NCBI RefSeq assembly: GCF_964204645.1
Contig: NC_134032.1
Span: 14,434,275-14,498,274, forward strand
Source of the DNA: Tubulanus polymorphus
Lineage: Eukaryota; Animalia; Nemertea
Length of the DNA: 64,000 bases
Direction: 5' to 3'
Made by a program: the position numbers and the translations under genes. The notes below the pieces were generated by a model. It did no database searches, was not told the origin of the DNA, and saw nothing but the letters and a program-made list of their open reading frames with translations. This document shows, piece after piece, positions 53,722 to 64,000 of the stretch; the first letter of the stretch is position 1, and every line of letters starts with the position of its first letter.

Positions 53722-54706
53722 CTGGTGATTTATAAATGCGCGAAAAGTGTTTCAGCATTTTGTTACTGTTCTGTCCGTAGAAACACAGATTTGTTCAACG
53801 TAAAAAAAGAATTTCATTTTCAATCATCTTTCGATGAAATGTTCATGGAAAAATTAAAAACCGACGACCAGCGAACTACGACATAAAAGGGACCTGCGAC
53901 GTAGATTACTGTTCTATTCTTATTTTCTTCTTAAAGTTGACGCTTGTAATTTAATCTCAGAGCGAACAAAAATTGATCGCTTCGTAAAAGATTTCTTGTC
54001 CTTACCCTTCCGTGGATTTTTATCTTATCTCGAGCGCGAGTCAAGTATCGGCTCGTAAATTAAGGAGCATTCTTTTTTTGTGCTTATCAGCCGCGGTGAT
54101 AAGAAGTGTCAGGGTTTTCGGCGGCCGATCAGTTCTCGGATATTCGGGCGTTTTTTAGAACTCTGAACCGATTGGTTCGAGAGAGACATTGATATTCGTC
54201 ATTTGAAAATGAAACGATTTTAGAAATAATCAATATCTCGCAGTCTGTCGTTTTTAATTAGAAATGATTTTTATTCGAAAATTTTAAAAAAAGAAACTGA
54301 AATGGCGCGATTCATCCATTCCGAAATGTCAGAAATAATCAATAATTCAATGCGTGTATAAGTTTATATATATCAGATATGTTTTCGTTAATGAAATCGA
54401 TAATCGACGATATTTTAATTAGTGTAATTAAAAACGATTAATTAAACAGCGAAATCGAGAGCGCCAGCGAGATTTACGTTATCGTTTCCGTGGATATGAC
54501 TGACTGTCGTCATCGGTTACGTTTATTCTCAGTATTGTTGACATCGCGTTTGATTCTCGGAACCCAGTGATAAACACACCCGTCGTCTCGATAGTGTCGT
54601 TATCTCACTGTAGATGGCGGTGTTTATAACGTTACGGCATCTCTATTTATGGCCCGATCCACATTTTAGAATTGCGTGAGAAATATCTCGCCCCAATGAG
54701 CGCCAG

Positions 54707-54933
54707 GGTCCGGTTCCTTAGACAGGGCTTAGACTTAAGACCGGTCCAAGACAAACTTAGTTCTATAGCCAATCTAACAACTTAAGACCAGTCTTAAGGT
54801 TTAAGACCACTTTTGGTCTCGACTATGGAACTGGCCCCAGGACCCAGTTAAGATTTGACTTGAGTTAACTAATTGAAAATGAACTAACTTTAAACAAAGA
54901 GTTAACTGGAACTCAGAACTATGGAACCGGACC
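54707..54933. mobile_element. two adjacent related MITEs, the first carrying the 47-bp satellite unit
   Basis: CAG|GGTCCGGTTCC...GGAACTGGCCC|CAG (54707-54837) has an internal TTCTATAGCCAATCTAACAACTTAAGACCAGTCT. It is followed by GACCCAGTT...GGAACCGGACC|CTG (54841-54933). Confidence 0.65.
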
Positions 54934-55172
54934 CTGGGTATTATTGTTAGCGAGTGGAGCTTTATCCTGCTGTTTGTCCACAGTTCTGAACCCAGTTCCA
55001 CAGTTCTTCGGACCAAGTTCCTCAGTAATGGACCCAGTTCCACAGTTCCGGTACCGTTTCCACTGTTTTGGACCCGGTTCCACGGTTGTAGGCAAGGTTT
55101 ACGGGAAAATGAATTAATATTCATTTCTACTAACTTTTTCTTTGCTCGTTGAAAAAGTCATTTGCGCACAAA

Positions 55173-55229
<57 letters not shown>

Positions 55230-55724
55230 AGTTGTATATGATACAGTACGTGTATTATCAAAAGATTGCGCTGTTGACATTTTATTTTTGGTACGATATC
55301 GACGCCAAGTTTTACATTCGCCGAACCTTTTTCATCTTTGAATTTTCTCGAAAAAGACCAAAAACATGGAACGTCGGTTTTTATGCGTCTGTATTGCCTG
55401 CGAGCATTTCCATTCCTTTAATGTCTCGAGTCTCTCAGAGAGACGCATACAGAAAGTGAGGCGAGATCACGCCCAAGTATCTCTGCGAAAAATAATTTTC
55501 AAAAATCTACACGAATCTACAGGCAATTTGTGGCAGGCAGTTTTTGAAATCGATATTATGAGATATCTGAACTTAATGAGAGGCAACACCCAAGTTACTT
55601 TTTGACAGTCCATCTTTGTAGTCGTCCGTTGTAGTAGAAAGACATTATTCTGACATAAACCTGCTTTATACAAATTTAAAAAGAATTCAAACCAAAATTC
55701 ATTTATTGAATGTATTTTTATGTA

Positions 55725-56350
55725 CTCTCCTCCCTTTCCCCTCCTCACTCCCTCTCCACTCCCTATCCTATCCTCACTCCCTCTCCCCTCCTCACTCCCT
55801 CTCCCCTCCACTCCCTATCCCCTCCGCACTCCCTCTCCCCTCACTCCCTATCCTCTCCCTTCCTCACTCCCTCTCCCCTTCTCACTCCCTCTCCTCTCCC
55901 CCTCCTCACTCCCTTTCCTCAATTCCCCCCTCTCCTCCCTCCGCCTGTGCAGCCATTTGGCATTACTCACTAAGAATCAACGAATCAATTTTATTTTTGT
56001 CATTTATCGAAGAGTAAAAACTGAGAATTGATCGGTAACAATCGGCCGATGGCTACAGTTGGTATTTACGTATCGTCATCGGGGACAAACGTTCACGTCG
56101 CCGGCGGCAACGTATTTATACGTACAACAATCACCTTTTAACGGCGACAAAAAACTGTGTGTAAATAAACTCATAATAATCAATACATTAACAATTATAG
56201 GTATAAACTTTTCTCTTCTTGATCTCCCTCCCTCCCTCCTCCCCTCCCTCCCTCCCTACCTCCCTCCCTCCCTCCGTCCCTTCCTCCCTACCTCCCTTCC
56301 TCCTTCCCTCTCCCTTCTGTTTAGAGCATTTTCTTGCCCAGTTCCTCTCC
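55725..56350 (+). repeat. two pyrimidine-rich low-complexity tracts (55725-55945, 56210-56350)
   Basis: Direct inspection. Confidence 0.85.
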
Positions 56351-57373
56351 CTCTCTATGCTCTTCCCTGAGAGTTCTAATCTCTCCTCACTTGTTTTTCA
56401 TTCTCATTCAACGTATTTCAACCGTGTAAAAGGTTGTTAAAATCGCGGTTCCCGCTTCTTAAAGGGCATCGCATTAAATAAATACATCGTCAAAGGTCGC
56501 GTAGACATTTCTTTTATTGAGTATTTACGACTCTCTGTCTGGAAACGCTTTTTTTTCCTATTTTCAAATGACATTTTCAACAGTGGCCGAACTGTTGATT
56601 ATTTCGCGATAAATTAAATGAATCGTCCTGATTTCTGATGGCCTATAATTGCATCATTTGTTCGATGGTTTTTACGCGATATATCGATGATGATTAATTC
56701 TATTCGAATTACGATATCTATCGAAGATTTTTCCGGTGAGACGTAATTAGTTTTTTGTCAACGCGTCACGAAACACATGTTTCATTAAGATTCAATTACA
56801 ATCACGCGTACAACAATGACACGCTTAAATGTTATTTTTTTCCTAAATCTCAGAACAGTCACCTTCGCGCTTTACGAAAATGATATTTCAACCGTTTGTC
56901 GTTTGAATTCAAAAGAAACGCGTCCCGTTTTTATCAAAGATGTTGTTATAATTTCACATTCGAGGTTTCGCTCGGAAATGTCATTCTAAGCCGGTCCTCC
57001 GTACAATTGAATTTATCTGCTGTTGTTGCCGCTTTTAAAAAGACAAAAATATATTTTCTGAGATGTCACCAACGCGGCTTTGTTAAAAAAGTGTTTTTGC
57101 GTTTCACGTGTGTTTCCTTCATGTGTTTCTCAATCTTAAAAAGCATTAAAAAGCACCTTCGATGTTCTATATAAAACCAACAGAAAACTGTAAAACCAGC
57201 TTCTGGCTGGTCTTAACAACCAGTTCAAAACTGTCGTTTAGAACCAACTCACATCTGGTCTATAAATCCAGTCTAAATCTTTTTACCCCACCTGCTACGG
57301 AAAGCATCTTGAACGTTAAAAAAATGATTGCTCGATTTTAATTAATTTTTTTTTATATCTCGATATTTTGCAG

Positions 57374-57597
57374 GGACGTCAAAATTTCATTTCAATTCGC
57401 ATATGAACAGTCATTTCGAGCACCGGTGTCCGCATTGTGATTATACTTCGCGTACGGAGGGACGATTGAAGAGACACATTAAAGACTTCCACAGCGAGGT
57501 TCCACCCGAGAGTTTCGCCGGTCAGAAGTCGCAGAGGACTCCCGGACGACCGAAAGTTTACCGTTGTAAACAATGCGAATTCACCGCGACAACTAAG
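57374..57597 (+). CDS. hb: hunchback coding exon B (end of NF1, NF2, first half of middle finger 1)
   Basis: Acceptor ttttgcag ends at 57373 (phase 1). Translates (G)TSKFHFNSHMNSHFEHRCPHCDYTSRTEGRLKRHIKDFH...YRCKQCEFTATTK. Donor AAG|gtgagt at 57597 (phase 0). Confidence 0.95.
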
Positions 57598-58481
57598 GTG
57601 AGTTTATATATTCACAAACGTTATTTAGGTCGACTGTGGCGAGTGAGGATCCACCAGGTGTCGCTAGTGTGCAGTAAGACATCAACCACTGTAGTAATAG
57701 AGGACTCCACTTATGGCAAGTGAGGATCCACTAGGTGTCGCTAGTATGCAGTTGGATTATGGTGCCCAATCGCTATATGCGGAGACATATCTTGTGTTTT
57801 TCAATGAAATGTATTTAGTACCACAGGCTATCAGTAGGGGGAGTTGAATGTTGTATTTAGTACCACAGTCTATCAGTAGGGGGAGTTGAATGTTGTACTT
57901 AGTAGGGAGAGGGGGGTTGAGCACACTGGTGTATATGGTGTAATAGTTAATTGCGAAGCACCTGTTACTCTCTATGAAATGCACTGATCCATGATCCATT
58001 TATAAATACTGATTATATTACATTCATGTGTTAATCATATATATATTTTATATTCCTCTTTTAACTGTCGTCAAACATCTGTCGACAGGTATTTTTTTTG
58101 TTGAAATTAAAGGGAATATAGATAGATATATAAGGGCCATCGATCACAGGGTGGTTTGTAACTTAGGTGCGGCAAAAAATTGCAGGTTCTTCTCTTCCCT
58201 TAATCTTGAAAAATAAATCTATAACCTGCTAATGTTGCCCCGAGTGGAACTCAGCAGGTTGAGGGGAACCTGCTAATAATTCCTGGGTAACCTTGAGCCT
58301 GATGATAAATCCTCGGTAACCTTGAACCTGATGCCCTTACAGGAGTTCAGCTTCATTTGATGGATGCAAAACAATGCAGCAATTCCAATTAAATGTAAAT
58401 TCCAACTAGATAATTATTATGCCTAAAACTAAATATTTATTCAATTTAATAAGTTTTTTGTATTCGATTATATTTTCGTAG

Positions 58482-60587
58482 GTTGAATTCTGGGTTCACG
58501 CGCGTACGCACATCAAAGACGACAAAGTGTTACAATGTCCGAAATGTCCGTTTGTCACCGAGTACAAACACCATTTAGAATATCATCTACGCAATCATTT
58601 CGGCTCGAAACCGTTCAAATGTTCGAAGTGTAATTATTCGTGCGTTAATAAATCGATGTTGAACAGTCACATGAAGTCGCACACGAACGTGTATCAGTAT
58701 CGCTGCGCCGATTGTACGTACGCGACGAAATACTGTCACAGTTTAAAACTACATCTACGCAAATACAATCACAAACCGGCGACGATTCTAAACCTGGACG
58801 GTAGTCTGCCGCCGGAGGATAACTCGTTGAGTTTACTGGAACCGAAACGCGGCCCGCCGCGTGGACCGCGCGGTAACGCTCCCAACGGTAAAAAAGATGA
58901 TTTGATGTCGCCGTTAGGCGGCGGACAGGGGGCGCTACCGATGCCGAGCGGTTTACACGGTATGCCTCCATTTCCGGGTTTGAACGGCGGAATGCTTCCT
59001 TCGATGTACTGGCCGTTGATGAGTCAGATGATGAGCGGCAATCCGCATCTTCCTCCGCCGTTGATTCCGGCTTCTAGTCTCGGACCGCTCGGACTCGGCG
59101 CCGGACCGTTCGGCGACGCCGGTAAATTCGGTCTCAATCTGGCAGGTGGCGCTCTATCCGCTGGCGGAGCTGGACAGTATAAGTGTAATCTATGCGAGTT
59201 CACCGGTGAAAATAGAGACTCATTGAATAAACACATGTTGAAAGTTCACGCAGCCGAAAATCAGGACTTATTCAATGCGTTCGGACTCAGTTCAGACGCC
59301 ATCGAGGAACAGATCGCTAAAACGGATCCCTCAAAACCCTCAACACCGCTGCTGCCTCCTAGTGGTGACGCATTGCGTAATTCATGGCCGCTCGGTCCCG
59401 GCGACGCAGGGCTTAATGGAGCGTCTCGACGAGGAATTCCTGACCTGATGTACTCGAACAATACATATCATACTCAACTGCCAAAGCCTCTTTCTACCTC
59501 ACCGATATCGGAGCAGAAATCCGCGCTGCCGTCTAGCAACATTAAAGAGCAACAACAATCGAAGCCGGCGTCGGCCGGTAGCCCGCCATTAAAATCGCAA
59601 CCTCGTCTCGCGAACGGGGAAATCCCGTTAGATTTAACGAAACCGAAAGGCGAAGTCGACGTCGTCGTCGGCGGTAACGGCAACAATCGAGGAATCCCGA
59701 TTCCGAATCTGGAATTATTGATGGCTCAGGAAGAGGCTCAACGATTGATGATGCAGCATTCGATGATGCAATCGCAGTCTACGCAGTTCTACTCGCGAAA
59801 ACGCCGCCTACTGGAGCAGATGGAACTAGATGAGAAATCGAAGGTGGAATCGGAAGAGCAGCGCGAGCAGGAGCAGCAACGAGTTTCGCCGAGTTCTTCA
59901 CCGATTCCGCGTAAACGCTCGCGAAAAGGTAAAGCCTATAAACTGGATACGTTGTGCATGAAACTACAGGAACAAGGATCGACATCTCCGTCTGGTTATG
60001 ATTCGATGGAAGAGGAGATTCCGTCTGCATCACAGGCGGGGAATCCCCCTCGACGACCTTCATCGCCGGAAGACGGTGGCGCCGCCACTGATCTATCGAA
60101 ACGAAGCGAATCCGTCGACGATAATAACGGAGAGACGAACATCGATTATCGCGAGATCCATGACAACCTGAGCAAATTAAACTGCGAAACCGGTTCGAAA
60201 TACTTCCCCTCGACGGCGCCACCGTCTCCGCCGCCGAAACCTGTCAATCAAAATCAATCGAAAGATTTAGACACGCCCCTGATGGAAATGCATCGTATGG
60301 TTAACGGTACGCTAGGTCGGAGTAAATCACCAGCTAAGTTACCGGGACTCGATAACGGACTCGCTCCGAGTATTCACGGACACACAGCGGGAGGTCACGC
60401 TATCTCGATGAGAGGTGAGAATTTCGAATGTCAATATTGCGAAATATCGTTCCGCGATTGCGTAATGTACACGATGCACATGGGTTACCACGGTTTCCGC
60501 GATCCGTACCATTGTAACCAGTGCGGATTCCACGCTAAAGACAAAGTAGACTTCTTCCTACATATCGCTCGGGTGGCCCACATGTAA
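58482..60587 (+). CDS. hb: hunchback terminal coding exon (middle fingers, extra finger, PLDLT motif, basic box, two C-terminal fingers)
   Basis: Acceptor ttttcgtag ends at 58481. [67 protein letters not shown]...[25 protein letters not shown] is the diagnostic Hunchback DNA-binding cluster. C-terminal [21 protein letters not shown]...CNQC...[10 protein letters not shown] is the Hunchback/Ikaros-type dimerisation pair. Stop TAA at 60585-60587. Confidence 0.97.
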   Translation, partial: VEFWVHARTHIKDDKVLQCPKCPFVTEYKHHLEYHLRNHFGSKPFKCSKCNYSCVNKSMLNSHMKSHTNVYQYRCADCTYATKYCHSLKLHLRKYNHKPATILNLDGSLPPEDNSLSLLEPKRGPPRGPRGNAPNGKKDDLMSPLGGGQGALPMPSGLHGMPPFPGLNGGMLPSMYWPLMSQMMSGNPHLPPPLIPASSLGPLGLGAGPFGDAGKFGLNLAGGALSAGGAGQYKCNLCEFTGENRDSLNKHMLKVHAAENQDLFNAFGLSSDAIEEQIAKTDPSKPSTPLLPPSGDALRNSWPLGPGDAGLNGASRRGIPDLMYSNNTYHTQLPKPLSTSPISEQKSALPSSNIKEQQQSKPASAGSPPLKSQPRLANGEIPLDLTKPKGEVDVVVGGNGNNRGIPIPNLELLMAQEEAQRLMMQHSMMQSQSTQFYSRKRRLLEQMELDEKSKVESEEQREQEQQRVSPSSSPIPRKRSRKGKAYKLDTLCMKLQEQGSTSPSGYDSMEEEIPSASQAGNPPRRPSSPEDGGAATDLSKRSESVDDNNGETNIDYREIHDNLSKLNCETGSKYFPSTAPPSPPPKPVNQNQSKDLDTPLMEMHRMVNGTLGRSKSPAKLPGLDNGLAPSIHGHTAGGHAISMRGENFECQYCEISFRDCVMYTMHMGYHGFRDPYHCNQCGFHAKDKVDFFLHIARVAHM

Positions 60588-60959
60588 TCAACACCTATCA
60601 TCCCTGCGCGTTTATCAATGAACTAACCCCACCACCCCTCCTCGCGAGATATGGTTTCAATCGACCGAACAGCAACAATCGTTCCCGCGGCTACGCACTC
60701 ATGTAAGTGGCTCCATCTAGTATGCATTAGAAGAACTAATATTGTGCTTATTTTATTTGCTGCTTGCATCATTGTTGCTTTGCATTGTCGCTGCTTTGCC
60801 TGTATATATATAAATATATATATTACTATATGTATTAACTGAAAGAAAATGTGTAGATAAGTTTTCGTTTTTTCAAGCGCTTATTTGCATATTATTCGAG
60901 TATTTACTAATTTAAATAAAAATCAAGAGTTTGTACGATAATATTGATTAAGGAGTAAC

Positions 60960-61002
<43 letters not shown>

Positions 61003-61450
61003 GAGAAAAATAGATTTATTTATTAATAATTAGGTTTAAAAATTAATTGATTGATATGACCGGTGTTTAATGATATAGAATAATTCGTTATTGGAGGAAA
61101 ATATTACGATGAAAATTTTATTATTAGAAATTTATTTCAACTTGTATTATATAGAAAAAAAAATTAGCTTTGATCGATATCGAAAATATATATGAAAGAT
61201 GATGATGATATTAATAATTATGATAGTAATAATGAAATTATATTAATATAAACGATAAATTATGTAGATAGAATTCGTTAGATGTGAAAATTAAAATTTT
61301 GAAAAAAAGTTTTTTCAGAAAATGCCGATTTTCTTTCTCTCACTAAAAAATGCAATATTTAGAAAAATGATTCGAGGACGAAAACAAACGTCGTTTTTCG
61401 TGTAAATACATTTCCACATTGGGTGGATCGACTAGATCCACGTTTATCTT
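60588..61450 (+). promoter_or_regulatory. hunchback 3' UTR with Pumilio-binding elements and AU-rich tracts
   Basis: TGTANATA at 60801, 60852, 61263 and 61401. (TAT)n at 60961-61001. AATAAA at 60915, with further ones near 62554 and 63088. The true 3' end is not determinable from sequence. Confidence 0.55.
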
Positions 61451-62944
61451 TTCCACATTAACGTTGTTGGTCGTTTCGACCGATGTTTGATTTTTTGTAT
61501 TTATAGCGAACGAAGATGAATTTTATTTCGTCAGCTTGAAATTTATTCCGAATTGAATGAAATTGTGAAAAAGGGAACGAAATCCACTCGTTTACGAGGC
61601 TCGATGAATTTTGAATCCCTCGGATGTTTATATATGATGATAAATACTAATCGATGTTACGTGTTCGTCGTAAAGAAATTATAGATGTTTTTTCAATATA
61701 ATATTTCAATGTTCTTCTGTCAATGATTACTGTATCTAAATATCCGATATCTCGATCGAATTATCTCAAATATCTCGATAAAGTCTCTCTCGATTCATTG
61801 TTTTTTAAGTAGGCAGCATCAGCGGCGACAGTCGTATTTACTCCTCGTGACGATCTGTCTGAATTCTTACTCGTAATTCGAGTATCGTCTCGAAAAATAA
61901 TTCAGTTAAAAATTCAATATTATTTGTCGCGAAAAAAGATTACAACTGTCCAGAAATTCCCGCGTAAAATATTACGATAGCTCATTTAAATACTCTATGA
62001 TATCATTGTTGTTCATGTTGCTATGGTTATCAATATATTGTACGTCGTCGTCGTCGTGTAACAATGCTTGACGCTCGTTGCGGTGTTCGTTACCATAGTT
62101 ACTAAGATATCGCGGTCCGTATGAAATTCATCTCTCGTTTCGCGATTATTATCAAATCCTTTGATCAGAAATTTAGCCGTCGGGCGAAGACTTCGACGTC
62201 GCGAGCGTCCGCGACTACCGTCGGAAAAACAACCCGACAACGTCGTTTAAAATTAATTTCAAAAAACGATCTCTATCGTTAGTAACTATGCCTAACGACG
62301 CCCCCTATGTTTCATTCTTTCTATATCGCGTAACGATTGTTTCCCGCGCGTAGATACCTTCGAAAAAATATGCGGTTTTTGAAAAAGGTTATTTTCTTAA
62401 CTTTATGTTGCCATGGTTACCGGTTGCGAGCGGCTGCGGCGACGGCCATTTTTTCAATTTATAACGGGAAGAGTTCGCGCGTGCTCGACTTCCTCTCGTC
62501 TGTGAATCATTCATTTCAACTTGTTCAATATTCCGCGCTTTAAACAATTTAATAATAAAAAAAAAACCGTCGCCGAGACACGACACAACACTGCCGGTTC
62601 AATCCGGTTACCATGGTAACTAAACGGAATCCGGTGCAACCATAAAAATGTTTTTAAACCTACACGAAGCGCGTGTTGAGACGACGCGGCCGTCGATCGT
62701 CGTTTAATTTAGAGAAAAAAATTCTACGCGTCCCATTTAAAATTCTCGAAGTTTTCGAAGAAGGAGTAAAAAATATCGAATATATCGAATAAAAGATTTA
62801 TTTCAACGGTTTTCTTTTTCCGGCTAAAAAAACGTTTATTATATCGAATATTATATTATTTAATTGCGAGATGAAAAAATTGTTATTTCTGTCACAAATA
62901 GAATCATATATATATATATATATATGTATATACATATCAATATA

Positions 62945-62989
<45 letters not shown>

Positions 62990-64000
62990 CAACGTACTCA
63001 TGCTTTTGGCTTTGTTTTATTTTTTATGCTTCTTATGTCGTGGGATTTTGAACGTAGTAAAGAAAAAGTCATTTCGATACGTTCAAAATAAACGCTGGAC
63101 CAGGTTTTACGGATGTGTCTCTTTGGGGCGGGGGGGCGGTTGAATAGACCTTGAGAATCTGCTTGCCATCGGAAATAGTCACCGCATTATTACCAGTATT
63201 TGGTAGTAGTTAAGAGTTCTGCCACTTTTTCGAATTTATTTCAAAATACTCTCAAAATCAGAAATGATTTCGATTAAACTACTATTTTTAGATCTCGAAT
63301 TACTCTCATTTTTTGTGTGAAAACTATTATTGAAGTCTACGTTAAAAACCTCCAGAAATTCGGGTCCCAGGTTGAACATTTATCCCAAGGGGTAACTTGA
63401 TAACGGACTCCATGAAACCCGGTCCAGGTCCGTGCTGATGTTCTGCTTATATTCGCTTTGCTTCTCATCTGGCTTTGCTTATTTTCTTCGTTGCATATGT
63501 CTGTAGTTTACGACCTTGACACGAATTTCTCCCGCCATTGATCCGACTAAACAAAGATTCCACAATCTATCGCCGCATCAAAAATTCACACGTTCATATT
63601 TGAAATATTATGATCGTGGGGGCGATTGCCGAAAATTGTTTAAATGGGTTCTGCGAGACACGGTGCGTGGCTGCCGCCCCAACCTCCCGCAAAACAACAA
63701 TGAAACTAGATCTGGGTCGCTGTAGCGGCCAGCCCGGCATTGAGACCCAGAATTCTCCCCTAAGACAGTCCCGATGGAAAATTAGAGGAAACCTGAGGAT
63801 AATTTGACGCTTGATTAAAAAAGAGGATGAACCCGGAGAGATAAGACTGATCAATCAATTATAGCGCCATCTATAGGCAAAAATATCAATTATAGAGCCC
63901 TAGGAGGGCTAAAGTCTGAACTATCAATGACAGTACCATCTGTAGGCAAAACTAAGAACTATTGATTAAAGAGCCATCTGCAGGCAAAAGGCTGAACTAA

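Noticed and set aside
58645-60533. antisense and alternate-frame ORFs overlapping hunchback exons (also 26685-27630)
   Set aside because: They are expected shadows of a GC-rich CDS with no independent support.

Overview
Eukaryotic (animal) genomic DNA: AT-rich and dense in minisatellites, with spliceosomal introns. It is most likely a non-dipteran protostome, possibly a lophotrochozoan; this is inferred from the protein architecture only. The window holds one clear protein-coding gene, a hunchback orthologue on the + strand. Its coding exons are 26542(or 26484)-28054, 57374-57597 and 58482-60587, giving about 1280 aa with nine C2H2 fingers (2 N-terminal + 4 middle + 1 extra + 2 C-terminal). 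A 29.3-kb intron splits the first finger. That intron contains an in-phase candidate alternative first coding exon (38461-38677). A second in-phase candidate ATG exon lies upstream (23854-23885). Non-coding highlights: (1) minimal type I hammerhead-ribozyme motifs, namely a 69-bp tandem array flanked by inverted repeats at 21.44-21.94 kb, a near-canonical solo copy at 37376-37417 in the sense strand of the hunchback intron, and degenerate antisense copies; (2) a PIF/Harbinger-like MITE family with CWG target duplications that appears to seed several local minisatellites; (3) CTCF-like motifs embedded in the coding exons; (4) a YY1/Pho-like motif cluster; (5) Pumilio elements in the 3' UTR. Most other ORFs in the track are artefacts of tandem or low-complexity repeats. 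All calls were made by eye; no searches were run.
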